A DNA stretch of 64,000 nucleotides from NCBI RefSeq assembly GCF_001194135.2, contig NC_068986.1, forward strand, positions 69,626,618-69,690,617, given 5' to 3'. The stretch comes from Octopus bimaculoides (Eukaryota). A model generated the notes under the pieces. The model was not told where the DNA came from. It worked only from the letters and a program-made list of their open reading frames with translations, and made no database searches. The translations under genes were made by a program, and so were the position numbers. How positions within the stretch are numbered: position 1 is the stretch's first letter; each line of letters opens with the position of its first letter. Below are positions 1 through 12,728 of the stretch, in pieces.

Positions 1-640
1 TATATATATATATATATATATGATTTGAACATTATCACTTAATGACATTAATGTAATAATTTTCAATTATCAATAAGATAGACACATTAATATTGATATT
101 CGTATATTAGTATATTGAAGAAATTTTCATTAAAATCACTGACTCAGTAAATTGTATGTGATTTTCATGATTTTATTTTTAGATTTCATATAGTTCGTAC
201 CTAGGTAATGAGATTTTATAAATACGGCCACACACTCATATATTCACTATATATTCACTATATATTCACGACAAATCTGTCTACAATGTTAATAGGTTCG
301 CAGTCCCAGAAATCAGTAGCAGTAAGTAGATGAGAATTTAAATTTGTTTGTGGATAAGACACCAGTAACACTTAGAATGTCTGGAGTCGGTTTCCAACAG
401 TTAAGCAAATAGAGGCACAGAGAATTACATGTTCTTCTTGGAGTGTATGTGTGAGTGAGTGTATGCGTGCGTGTGTTTGTTGTGTTTGTGTATGTGCTTA
501 GTGTATTTAGTGTGTGTGCGACGTAAACAAATAAAAGTGCCAGTGATATACAGATTGAAATACTTTTGCGTCCTTTATCTATATCAAACAATCTATCTAT
601 CTATCCATCTATCTATCTCTTCCCCTCTCTCTACACACAG

Positions 641-671
<31 letters not shown>

Positions 672-909
672 CGCATGCACATACATACATACATACATAC
701 AGACACAGGCACTCACACACACACACACGCACACNNNNNNNNNNNNNNNNNNNNNNNNNNNNNNNNNNNNNNNNNNNNNNNNNNNNNNNNNNNNNNNNNN
801 NNNNNNNNNNNNNNNNNNNNNNNNNNNNNNNNNNNNNNNNNNNNNNNNNNNNNNNNNNNNNNNNNNNNNNNNNNNNNNNNNNNNNNNNNNNNNNNNNNNN
901 NNNNNNNNN

Positions 910-940
<31 letters not shown>

Positions 941-1270
941 TATGTATGTATGTATGTGTATGATGTATGTATGTATATATGTGTGTCTAGGTTCTGAGTG
1001 AAATTAAACAAATGTTTTCCATTTAGTTGAACTGTATTTGATATTTCGCAATCCATCAACGTCTTAGAGGTTTTATACACAAACAACAATCAAAGTTCTA
1101 GATGATTGCTATGTGTATAAAGGCTCTATATTTAAATATTAATCTATTTTGCTAAATATTTTCTTCAGTCATATCGCAGATGCTTTACTATCGTTTTAAC
1201 TTTATCTTATATCATATATAATTGCACATATAGACCAGATGAAAAAAAAAACACATTAGTTTACATAGTC

Positions 1271-1326
<56 letters not shown>

Positions 1327-1846
1327 NNNNNNNNNNNNNNCCCCCCCCCCCCCACACACACATATGACTGGTAACTCTGTATTGGCAACTACTAATTTAT
1401 GAGTGATACCCTATCGTGTAGGTACAACAGCTAACGCACTTTTTAACAATGTATAAAGTAAAACGTTGCATTCCAAGTAAGATACTGATGGTCTCAATAA
1501 GAAAATAATATTATAAAAGCAGTGAAAGAAAAGTTTAGCCATGGGAATGAAAAGAGAAGTCTGGTGTTTGGGGTAGTACCATTCGTGGAGAGAGATTTAT
1601 GCGTACTAACGATGCTGAATATATATGAGCAGTAACGAAACTGCTCATATATATGGAAACAGTGAAGGTAGTTCGAATCTATTTATGTTCAATTAGATGA
1701 CTTCAGTTCGATGGAGAAGAATCAGTTCTGCCAGACTAATTTCCACCTCCGTATCCACTATGTAGAGTATTATGCTTAACGATGTTCCAACAACCGAGTT
1801 ATTTTTGTTACCTTTGAATACGAGATATATATCTGTGTATGTGTGT

Positions 1847-1950
<104 letters not shown>

Positions 1951-2643
1951 ATATGAATATATTTATTTATATTTCTTGTCTTTATCAGTTTAGTATGGAG
2001 GAAGTAGTTATGTGCATGTCATTTTCAGGCACTCCTACGCCAGAGATATGGAAGAAATTAATGTTCCTGTTGCATAGCTGCAGATTGATACCTGCAGGAA
2101 ACGCGACCGACATACGAAAAATGGTGGACAGATTTTCTTCAAACCATACACTATCATCTCAATTAGTGTATGAAAATAAATCCAGGACGTAAAATATTTT
2201 TTAAAAAACAAAACATACATAACACAGTCAAAATTGACAAACCTTACACAGAACTATGGCTAAATTGTGGCTAAAAAAATAGCAGCTCGTGAAAAGATTC
2301 CAGAGGTCCGTTTACCTGAGCGTAGTGGTTATATACGTTGCCTACTACAATGTAGGTTGCTATATATGTACGATGAGGAAGGAGACGAAAGGATCCGGTG
2401 TATCTGAGACGAAAGGGTGCGAAGAATAGAAATCACTCTAGTTTGCAGTAAAAAAAGCTGAGAGTGGGAACAGCAGGTCTGAGGATTTTGGCGAGTTTGG
2501 AATGTCGAGTTTGGAACGTCTGGCAAGCGAATTCATTCTAATCAATCGCGTGCTTATTTTAAAATGACGGATAGTATGTATACCTGTTTGAGCACAGTAA
2601 CTGATACAACTACGAATTATAACACTATTAAAGCTTAGACCTG

Positions 2644-2674
<31 letters not shown>

Positions 2675-2692
2675 TGTATGAATGCATGTATG

Positions 2693-2724
<32 letters not shown>

Positions 2725-3266
2725 TGTATATATATATATATATATATATNNNNNNNNNNNNNNNNNNNNNNNNNNNNNNNNNNNNNNNNNNNNNNNNNNN
2801 NNNNNNNNNNNNNNNNNNNNNNNNNNNNNNNNNNNNNNNNNNNNNNNNNNNNNNNNNNNNNNNNNNNNNNNNNNNNNNNNNNNNNNNNNNNNNNNNNNNN
2901 NNNNNNNNNNNNNNNNNNNNNNNNNNNNNNNNNNNNNNNNNNNNNNNNNNNNNNNNNNNNNNNNNNNNNNNNNNNNNNNNNNNNNNNNNNNNNNNNNNNN
3001 NNNNNNNNNNNNNNNNNNNNNNNNNNNNNNNNNNNNNNNNNNNNNNNNNNNNNNNNNNNNNNNNNNNNNNNNNNNNNNNNNNNNNNNNNNNNNNNNNNNN
3101 NNNNNNNNNNNNNNNNNNNNNNNNNNNNNNNNNNNNNNNNNNNNNNNNNNNNNNNNNNNNNNNNNNNNNNNNNNNNNNNNNNNNNNNNNNNNNNNNNNNN
3201 NNNNNNNNNNNNNNNNNNNNNNNNNNNNNNNNNNNNNNNNNNNNNNNNNNNNNNNNNNNNNNNNNN

Positions 3267-3305
<39 letters not shown>

Positions 3306-3742
3306 ATATATATATATATGTATGTATGTATGTACGTATGTATGTATGTATGTATGTATGTATGTATGTATGTGTGTATCATAATGTGCGTTTCAGACAG
3401 GTCGAAGTTCTTATTTGAAAGTGGGAAACTTAACCTACATTAATGCTAGTCATTTGGAAAATATGAACTTTAGACAGTTCTGTTTCGCTCTAGAACTTAT
3501 AGGAAATTAGACGTCTTGATAATATATAAATGTGACGTTTAAGGAGTGAGCGACTAATATTAACGAAAGGCTGTCGGATAGTTACTACGTGATATTTGCT
3601 TTGCTATTCTAAATTTTGCTTCTTGGACAAAACTGATTCATTTATTAAGTTAATACCTTTGAGAAAGGGAAAGAACAACAGGCTTGTATCTGATTCAGGA
3701 ATTATGTATGTATTTAAGGGCAAGTGTAATAAAGGCGCCATA

Positions 3743-3845
3743 ATGGAAGCACGTGTAAGGTTCTTGCTATTTATGTTTCTGTTTTGTTGTATGATCAAGG
3801 CAATGGTGTTTGTGTGCAAGACTTTTATATGGGGTTCAGTGGATG
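3743..3845 (+). CDS. Candidate signal-peptide first coding exon (unverified)
   Basis: ATG in good context (ATA ATG G), MEARVRFLLFMFLFCCMIKAMVFVCKTFIWGSVD, phase-1 donor G|GTAAAT; no partner exon identified. Confidence 0.2.
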
Positions 3846-6800
3846 GTAAATTATTTATAACATTTACTGTTATTTGTTAAGAAGAAAAATAGAGTATGCT
3901 GTTCATTAAAACTACAAATACACACACACACAGGTGCGCACGCACTCACATACACACACACACAAGTGCGCGTGCACTCACATATACACACACACATACA
4001 CCTAAACAGACAAACAAAGGATACGCATATACAAACTCACACACATACAAATACACCCACACACAAGACATACAAACTAACTCTTTTATGCATTTATTCT
4101 TAGGTAGATAGATACTTCTTTCAGTCATAAAACCACGGGCCATGCGAGGAGACCGTTTCGAAGCCTGTAGTTGAATAAATCGATTGCCTACACTTTTGTT
4201 CTTGAAATGTGGTATCTATTCTAGTAGTATTTTTTTTAGTTGAATCGCTAAGTTACAGATGAAAATAAACAAACCATCACCGGTTTGAGGGTAAAACACA
4301 GACAGGAAAACGCCTGCAAACTTACATACACACACATGGAATTGACGCGCACATATGTTTGCATGTATGTAGTATATTGCCACTTAAGTGTGGCTGACCC
4401 CTAGGGGTGGATGTTACTGTTGCTTTTAGCCNNNNNNNNNNNNNNNNNNNNNNNNNNNNNNNNNNNNNNNNNNNNNNNNNNNNNNNNNNNNNNNNNNNNN
4501 NNNNNNNNNNNNNNNNNNNNNNNNNNNNNNNNNNNNNNNNNNNNNNNNNNNNNNNNNNNNNNNNNNNNNNNNNNNNNNNNNNNNNNNNNNNNNNNNNNNN
4601 NNNNNNNNNNNNNNNNNNNNNNNNNNNNNNNNNNNNNNNNNNNNNNNNNNNNNNNNNNNNNNNNNNNNNNNNNNNNNNNNNNNNNNNNNNNNNNNNNNNN
4701 NNNNNNNNNNNNNNNNNNNNNNNNNNNNNNNNNNNNNNNNNNNNNNNNNNNNNNNNNNNNNNNNNNNNNNNNNNNNNNNNNNNNNNNNNNNNNNNNNNNN
4801 NNNNNNNNNNNNNNNNNNNNNNNNNNNNNNNNNNNNNNNNNNNNNNNNNNNNNNNNNNNNNNNNNNNNNNNNNNNNNNNNNNNNNNNNNNNNNNNNNNNN
4901 NNNNNNNNNNNNNNNNNNNNNNNNNNNNNNNNNNNNNNNNNNNNNNNNNNNNNNNNNNNNNNNNNNNNNNNNNNNNNNNNNNNNNNNNNNNNNNNNNNNN
5001 NNNNNNNNNNNNNNNNNNNNNNNNNNNNNNNNNNNNNNNNNNNNNNNNNNNNNNNNNNNNNNNNNNNNNNNNNNNNNNNNNNNNNNNNNNNNNNNNNNNN
5101 NNNNNNNNNNNNNNNNNNNNNNNNNNNNNNNNNNNNNNNNNNNNNNNNNNNNNNNNNNNNNNNNNNNNNNNNNNNNNNNNNNNNNNNNNNNNNNNNNNNN
5201 NNNNNNNNNNNNNNNNNNNNNNNNNNNNNNNNNNNNNNNNNNNNNNNNNNNNNNNNNNNNNNNNNNNNNNNNNNNNNNNNNNNNNNNNNNNNNNNNNNNN
5301 NNNNNNNNNNNNNNNNNNNNNNNNNNNNNNNNNNNNNNNNNNNNNNNNNNNNNNNNNNNNNNNNNNNNNNNNNNNNNNNNNNNNNNNNATATATATATAT
5401 ATATACACATACACCCACCCTCTCATATGTATAGTAATATGATGCATTTAACCACAAACATTTAGAAGATTGTACGAACAGCTCAACTCGTATCGTCCAT
5501 ATCACATTGTCATCGATCAGGTTATTGCTTCTGTTGTTGCTTTTAACATTATCAGTATTTCAGTAGACTGTCACATTGTCAGTTGTGGAAAAAGATGAGA
5601 TCACTGGGAAAATTTAATGGACTATTAAACAGATCACTTTGCAAAGCTTCCACCGAGCTACTTTACATGTTGAGGTAGGTGGTGGGCCGCGAAGGATTCA
5701 GGGATTGTAAAATATTGTGATGACGGCTGAAACAAGAAATTCGGTTAGTCGTCATTATCAATATAGGATAGCTTTTGATGTTTCAGGCAACTGATAGTGC
5801 TTATCCTCGTCCGGTTTGTAGTAATTTACATTTTGGGTGGTACTATCAATTTAGTTAGAATTAAAAGCTCTGTTTCATGAACACCATAGCAGATCTATTA
5901 GAAAATTATCTTTGTTAAGCTTAAATTGATTAAATAAATAAATAAATAAATAAATAAAACGTCCAAAGTCATCGTTTTGTAGGTCCAGGTTCAATCCGAA
6001 TCTGCGGCAATTATCGTAGAATCCGATGACCTAAGGGATAGTTTTTATCAGCAAAAAATAATGAAATAATTCAAAAGGTGAAATAATGCTTTCTGTCGTG
6101 AGGAAATAAGTTTTGTCTTTTGCTTTACATAGAACCCTTACTCAGAAGAAGAGAAATATGCATTGGCGTTGAAGTATATATACAATGGTGGTAGTGAAAG
6201 TGATACCGAAGTGGAGATAAGAGAACGGTTAGAGGTGGTGAAGGCTAGGGAAGAGTAGCGATGGTCAGAGAGAGATTCTAAAACCAGCTGAGTTGAAAGC
6301 GTTGAAGACAGGAAGGAAGAAACGAAAGGAAATGCAATACAGACATACAAATGCGTACAGATATGTGTGTGTATGCACGCGTGCCTCTGTGTGTGTGTGT
6401 ATTTGTATGCATATATATGTATACGTTATGATAGGCTGCTCCAAGAATTACTTAATAACATGTAATCCTATATATCCTGTTACGTGATCAGTTCGTCGGT
6501 GACTAAATTAGCACCGTTATCAGGTTTGGTCGGTAAGGAGTGTCGCTATACATCCTGCAAAACAAAAACAAGACCTGCGTAAAGGATGAATGAACCAAAC
6601 ACAAAATCAACACTTACTATTTGCATGGTCACATAGAAATACTCAATCGTGGGCACATAGAAACGCTGCACAAACGCGCTCTACGACCACAAAATCCGAA
6701 CCATGATAATAAGAGGTTTCAAACATCCTGTTGTTAAATATGTTGTTTCCTGCATTCGGATATGTGTCTGATTTTAGTTGACAAAAGAAAAGGACACTTC

Positions 6801-7095
6801 ATATGTGATGTAGACTGTGACAGTAAAGGGAACCAGTGCCAATCTTGGTGGGTTTTACATCTCTACATGCGTTCTTTTGTGTTTGGCACGTGGCACAATA
6901 TACCAGTTTAGGTTATACAATTGTGGAGTGAGTGTGCGATAGGCTTTGTGCAAATATACTTCATTTAAAACCAATTCTTTTTGCAGGTTGTTCAGTAATA
7001 ATTCCTTATCTAATTTTTTGTTACTGAGTACTCATGTGTGGTCCCCGACTAGTCCATTCTCTCTCCTTCTCTCTCTCTTTCTTTCTCTCTCTCTT

Positions 7096-7181
<86 letters not shown>

Positions 7182-7471
7182 GCATACAATCGCACAGTTA
7201 GAAAAATGACAGGGTGAGAGAACAAGAGGGTAATAACTATGTATACACTTGCACGTGTAAATACAAGCAGACATAAATGTATGCATATAAAAACATTAAA
7301 TACAAAACCATAGCCACATGCATGTGTACATGCCTAGTCATTAGGACATATACGTACGTATATACAAACACTCAGGCACATGTGTCAGTATGCGTGACTG
7401 TACTTATGTGTGCATGTACATACATACCTGTATTTATATATACAAATATACATACATACATATATATACAT

Positions 7472-7502
<31 letters not shown>

Positions 7503-8537
7503 ATATATACATGCATGCGTACATACATGCATGCATTTATATATAAACATAATACGTACATGCACACATACATACATACATACATACATACATACATACA
7601 TACATACATACATACATACATGCATGCATGCATGCATACGTATGTGAAAATTGTTTGTGTTAGCCATTCACCCGAAGACTTAATTTAGTAGAACATATAC
7701 AGCACTAAGCTGACTCCCCACTTGGTATACTTTGTTTTCCCAATTCGCCTCTGCTCTTTTTATTCCACGTTCATTCTTATAATCTTTCTTTTTTCCTTTG
7801 ATTGCCTTTTATTAAGCTATGTGCGGATGTATTTAAAATGAATATTTTCTCGATATATTAGTTATGTTGATGTTTATTTATACATGGCTGTATATGTGAA
7901 AAAATATTTGTAAATTATTTGTAGATTATAATAATATCTGTATCTGTAAATTAATTGTACAGCCGCCTCTATATATTTCCATTTATTTGAACAAATTTAC
8001 CACGCTAATAAAATTCACTAACGAATTTTAATATGAAGATCAACTCAATAAAGGGACATAACCATTAATTGCTTGTACCAATGACCTTCACCTCAAAAGG
8101 TAATTTCAAAGAATACTTACTACTTGGCTGACAAAATATATAATAAATATTTCCCCTATTTTACCCAGCCTTTCGGAATCTCTTTATTTATGGCATTTAT
8201 CAGATACAGATCATTTGTCTTTCTTCTTTCTCTATATTATATCTACTGCTTCAACCCAGTAGTAAATATAATTCCAAATTACTACTGTATATTAGGAAAT
8301 TTTCAGATTACGAAACAGTATTTTGAGAAAGTATAAATGGCAAAACTTCGAAGAAACCACTATTGGTAATAAGTATTATTCTGACTCAGCAATTCGTACT
8401 CCATACTTCCTTGAGTGTAAAGTTACTTTGGTTCATTAATACTTACTCAAACGCAGCTCAGCTGGTAAATGTATCGATACTGAGACAAAAGTGTGATCAC
8501 ATATAGCGACGCACACGTAATATGTAGATAAGAAGAA

Positions 8538-8753
8538 GGCGGCGAGCTTGCAGAATCGTTAGCATGCCGGAGAAAATGCTTAACGGCATTTCATCCGTCT
8601 TTACTTTCTGAGTTCAAATTCCACCGAGGTCGACATTGCTTTTCTTTGTTTTGGGATCTATAAAATAGTACCAATTGAGTACTGGGGTCGATCTTATCGA
8701 CTTACCCACTTCCACCAGAATTGTTGACTTTGTGTCAAAATTTGAAACCAATA
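8538..8753 (+). mobile_element. tRNA-derived SINE family A, full length
   Basis: GGCGGCGAGC(T)GCAGAATCGTTAGCA head, GAGTTCAAATTCC B-box-like motif, GGGGTCGAT..ATCGACT core, AAATTTGAAACCAATA tail; several homologues in window. Confidence 0.85.
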
Positions 8754-9286
8754 TTTGGGTAAGAAGTCCCGACAAAATGATTTGGGACTAAAAAGAACGT
8801 GTACAGAGCAGATTAAATCTGCAGATATTAACATAATGTTAAAGAGAAGTTAGACAGAAATCATCTATGGAGAACAAATGTAATATCCACAGAAATTATA
8901 CCCGGATTATATTTATACCTGTAATTATTAGAGAACTTTGACATGTGACTAAATGTCCTAGCAACAATATTGAGAAACCGAATTTCATGATGGCAGGATA
9001 AAATAGAAAAAAAAAATTCTGTTAGGCAATGGAACTGTGAAAATATGCAAAATATTCCAGAAACTTAGCTTGCTTTAATAAATGCATATACATACGTATG
9101 AACATACAAACACATGTGTAGCACCTTGAGTAAATATCCTTTATTATCTGTTACAAGTCGAACAATGCCTTGCAAGTGAATTTCGTAGACTGTACCTCTA
9201 GGGAAATTTGTTGTTTATATAGGCTACATAGGCAGGCGTGGCTTTGTGGTAAGATGTTTCCTTATATATATATAAGTTTGTTTGTG

Positions 9287-9485
9287 ATGGCAAGTCAGAG
9301 AGTGACCATTGGTTTCAATTAGCTGTATTGATGACTCTTCAGTCTCAAATGGCTAAGTGCTTTATAGGTGCGAAACCAATGTCCTTTCTCTGACCAATAA
9401 AAACAAACAACCTTCTAAATATATTTATACTCTAATGTTTTAGAGCGTGCTTCTTTCTTGGATATATGAACAGCTGACGATATAA
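9287..9485. mobile_element. Fold-back interspersed repeat with conserved tail, copy 1
   Basis: CAGAGAGTGACCATTGGTTTC ... GAAACCAATGTCCTTTCTCTGACC arms, GCTAAGTGCTTTATAGGTG, same tail as 22582-22790. Confidence 0.7.
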
Positions 9486-10088
9486 ATATATACACACAAG
9501 CGCGCGCGCAAACATACGCTCGCGCAGAAAGGAAGAATTTGCCAATTTGTATATATTTTATGGTCGTAACTGAAATTTTCGGACAGAAGAAATAGCAGAC
9601 GATAACGGTTTCCGATATAAATAAGTGGTATTTTATCGTCCTACTTACATAGACACTTCCTTTTCTCTCCCGCCATCGTAAATGTTGCGAACCAGCGATA
9701 GCTCTGTTGAAAACGAGCAGCCAACAACACCATTCTTCGTAAAATACGATAATATAATAAATACATAAACAAATAAAGGGTCAGAGAATGGAGAATTTAT
9801 AAGGGCCGAAAGTAATGAAGGGAAATTGATATAAATTAAACGCGATAACCATATTTCACTTGCCTGGAGCTTACTTTACCTAAGTCACTCTGCACAAAAA
9901 CAAACACTCAGACACACACGCACGCATACACACATACACACACACACACGCACGCCTAAAAGTATGTTGCTTAACATACACTTCTATCTCTGCAGTGATC
10001 GTTACGAAACAGAGTTGTCGAGTGGGTTGTTCTGCAGTGCAAGCTGTGTATGCATACATAGTTATATAATTTATAATATATGCATACA

Positions 10089-10119
<31 letters not shown>

Positions 10120-10613
10120 NNNNNNNNNNNNNNNNNNNNNNNNNNNNNNNNNNNNNNNNNNNNNNNNNNNNNNNNNNNNNNNNNNNNNNNNNNNNNNNNN
10201 NNNNNNNNNNNNNNNNNNNNNNNNNNNNNNNNNNNNNNNNNNNNNNNNNNNNNNNNNNNNNNNNNNNNNNNNNNNNNNNNNNNNNNNNNNNNNNNNNNNN
10301 NNNNNNNNNNNNNNNNNNNNNNNNNNNNNNNNNNNNNNNNNNNNNNNNNNNNNNNNNNNNNNNNNNNNNNNNNNNNNNNNNNNNNNNNNNNNNNNNNNNN
10401 NNNNNNNNNNNNNNNNNNNNNNNNNNNNNNNATATATGGCACGCAAAATAGTACTTACATATGATACATACATATTTGACATATATCTATGCATATGATA
10501 CTCATACATATATATAGGTATAAATATATGTCTATCTCTCTCTCTCTTTCTCTCTCTCTCTCACACACACACAAAGTCTCACTATCACTCTATCTATCTA
10601 TATTATGATAGGA

Positions 10614-11107
10614 ATTATTATTATTTGGTTTGACTCAAGTTTGGTCTTATTCCTGATAGCACTTATGAGGTTAACGTGTTACTACCTGTAACCTTAGATA
10701 TCCACAAATTTTCAGTAGTATGTGCTTAGAACCCTCCTGATAATCATTGCGGTCCCAAAGAGACAAACTTTCTATAGAAGCTCTAAGGATCACCATTTAT
10801 CTATATCTTGCTTACTATTATAGGCTCGACCTTTACAGTTCCCAAACTCTATATTCTTCCTGCTTCAAATTTTAAGGGATTGTATGTTTTTTTTATTTTT
10901 TGCTTTTCGTCCGCTCTTTACGATCCTGGAATCAAACGGGCATGATGGGTCGATTAGTTAGCAACTTTGCTTTTCTTTGTCTACAGTTGTTATGTCCGGT
11001 CTATTATTTTCTAACTTCTTGTCCGTTTGAAGTGGAAAGTCCCACAAAATCTTACATTTCTCCGACTCTAGTACTCTTTCGACTCGATGATTGTACCATA
11101 TCTTTCC
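10614..11107 (-). mobile_element. R4/Dong-like non-LTR retrotransposon 3' fragment (restriction-like endonuclease), truncated by gap
   Basis: Minus translation KILWDFPLQTDKKLENNRPDITTVDKEKQSC, then frameshifted IDPSCPFDSRI...YNPLKFE...KVEPIVI...KVCLFGTAMIIRRVL (RLE PD..D-type C-terminus); short 3'UTR ending in (TAA)3. Confidence 0.8.
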
Positions 11108-11503
11108 NNNNNNNNNNNNNNNNNNNNNNNNNNNNNNNNNNNNNNNNNNNNNNNNNNNNNNNNNNNNNNNNNNNNNNNNNNNNNNNNNNNNNNNNNNNNN
11201 NNNNNNNNNNNNNNNNNNNNNNNNNNNNNNNNNNNNNNNNNNNNNNNNNNNNNNNNNNNNNNNNNNNNNNNNNNNNNNNNNNNNNNNNNNNNNNNNNNNN
11301 NNNNNNNNNNNNNNNNNNNNNNNNNNNNNNNNNNNNNNNNNNNNNNNNNNNNNNNNNNNNNNNNNNNNNNNNNNNNNNNNNNNNNNNNNNNNNNNNNNNN
11401 NNNNNNNNNNNNNNNNNNNNNNNNNNNNNNNNNNNNNNNNNNNNNNNNNNNNNNNNNNNNNNNNNNNNNNNNNNNNNNNNNNNNNNNNNNNNNNNNNNNN
11501 NNN

Positions 11504-11515
11504 CATCATCATCAC

Positions 11516-11570
<55 letters not shown>
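11504..11570. repeat. (CAT)n/(TTA)n microsatellite on the 5' side of the R4/Dong-like fragment
   Basis: Direct reading of sequence after the 11108-11503 gap. Confidence 0.95.
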
Positions 11571-11709
11571 GTCATTTGGAACAATTACATAGTTTTCATA
11601 CAGAAGCCTTTGAAACTTTAAGTTGCATGGAACCGAATCCAACTGCTTTGTTATTTACTCTTATTCGTTTGGTCTATAATTTGTTCTCTCTCATTTTGCG
11701 CGCGCGCGC

Positions 11710-11767
11710 GAGCATGTGTAACTTTCCTGCCACCAAGTCTAGTCTGGGCACTCATGGTGCCCCTGTT
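11710..11767 (+). repeat. 58-bp inverted repeat, left arm
   Basis: 54/58 identical to reverse complement of 12671-12728. Confidence 0.95.
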
Positions 11768-12044
11768 TTCGTCATTGACTCCTACTAAATGTGTTGAACG
11801 CTTTTATTTCTTTCGTTTGTCCACTCACTCGTACACATACACATGCACACGCGCACACACATGCGTGTATGTGTGTGTGTATCAAAAAAAGCAATTTGGA
11901 TTGTTAAGGTTATTGCAGTACGCACGTTTCATGCTACTCCATTTATTTAAGTAATGCGAGCACCTTGTTTTGGGAATTGTTTGGATAATACCATACTATA
12001 TTCTGGTGCCTAAACTTAAGTGCCACATTCAATTTTGAATCTAA

Positions 12045-12089
<45 letters not shown>

Positions 12090-12585
12090 CACTAAAATTG
12101 TTTCAGTACATTACCAGCTGCTTAATGCTGAATGTCACATATATTATGAACAATACTGCGTTAATTAATATCACACAACAAATAGTGGCATATGCATATC
12201 ATCAGATAAGTAGAATAAGACTCTCAGTTAGATCATGTTTTGATTTTCGATATTATATATCTGTACCGAAATAATATTTTTAGCATTCTACTGACAAAAA
12301 ATACAAATGACAAAAAACAAATGTATTTTTTTCTGCCTGCAGAATACTTTATATCATATAGGGATCGGGAGGAGTGGGTGTTATAGAGCATATTAACATA
12401 AGTTAAAGTCAGTAGAGGAATAGGGAAACCGAGAAACAGTGGTAGCAGGATGGTAAAGATGATAAAAGTTATATAATCAATGAACGGCAGATACATGACA
12501 CACGCATAATAGTTGATTTAAATGATGGTTAGATTGCTGGTTAGATGGTTGGTTGATTCTCCAGTCATGCTTTACATCTTAAAGA

Positions 12586-12628
<43 letters not shown>

Positions 12629-12670
12629 AAGAGAAAGAGAGGGGCAGAGAGATACAGAGAAAGTTAACAT

Positions 12671-12728
12671 AACAGGGGCACCATGAGTGCACATACTAGA
12701 CTTGGTGGCAGGAAAGTCCCACATGCTC
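12671..12728 (-). repeat. 58-bp inverted repeat, right arm
   Basis: Reverse complement GAGCATGTGGGACTTTCCTGCCACCAAGTCTAGTATGTGCACTCATGGTGCCCCTGTT. Confidence 0.95.

Noticed and set aside
1995-2192. GTPTPEIWKKL resembling the CDK GTP...W motif
   Set aside because: Nothing else matches a kinase subdomain; no flanking kinase exons found.
8121-8461. 7-nt and 15-nt minus-strand micro-exon-like AG...GTAAGT pairs
   Set aside because: Such pairs are expected by chance in AT-rich DNA, and joining them to neighbouring candidates gives stops.
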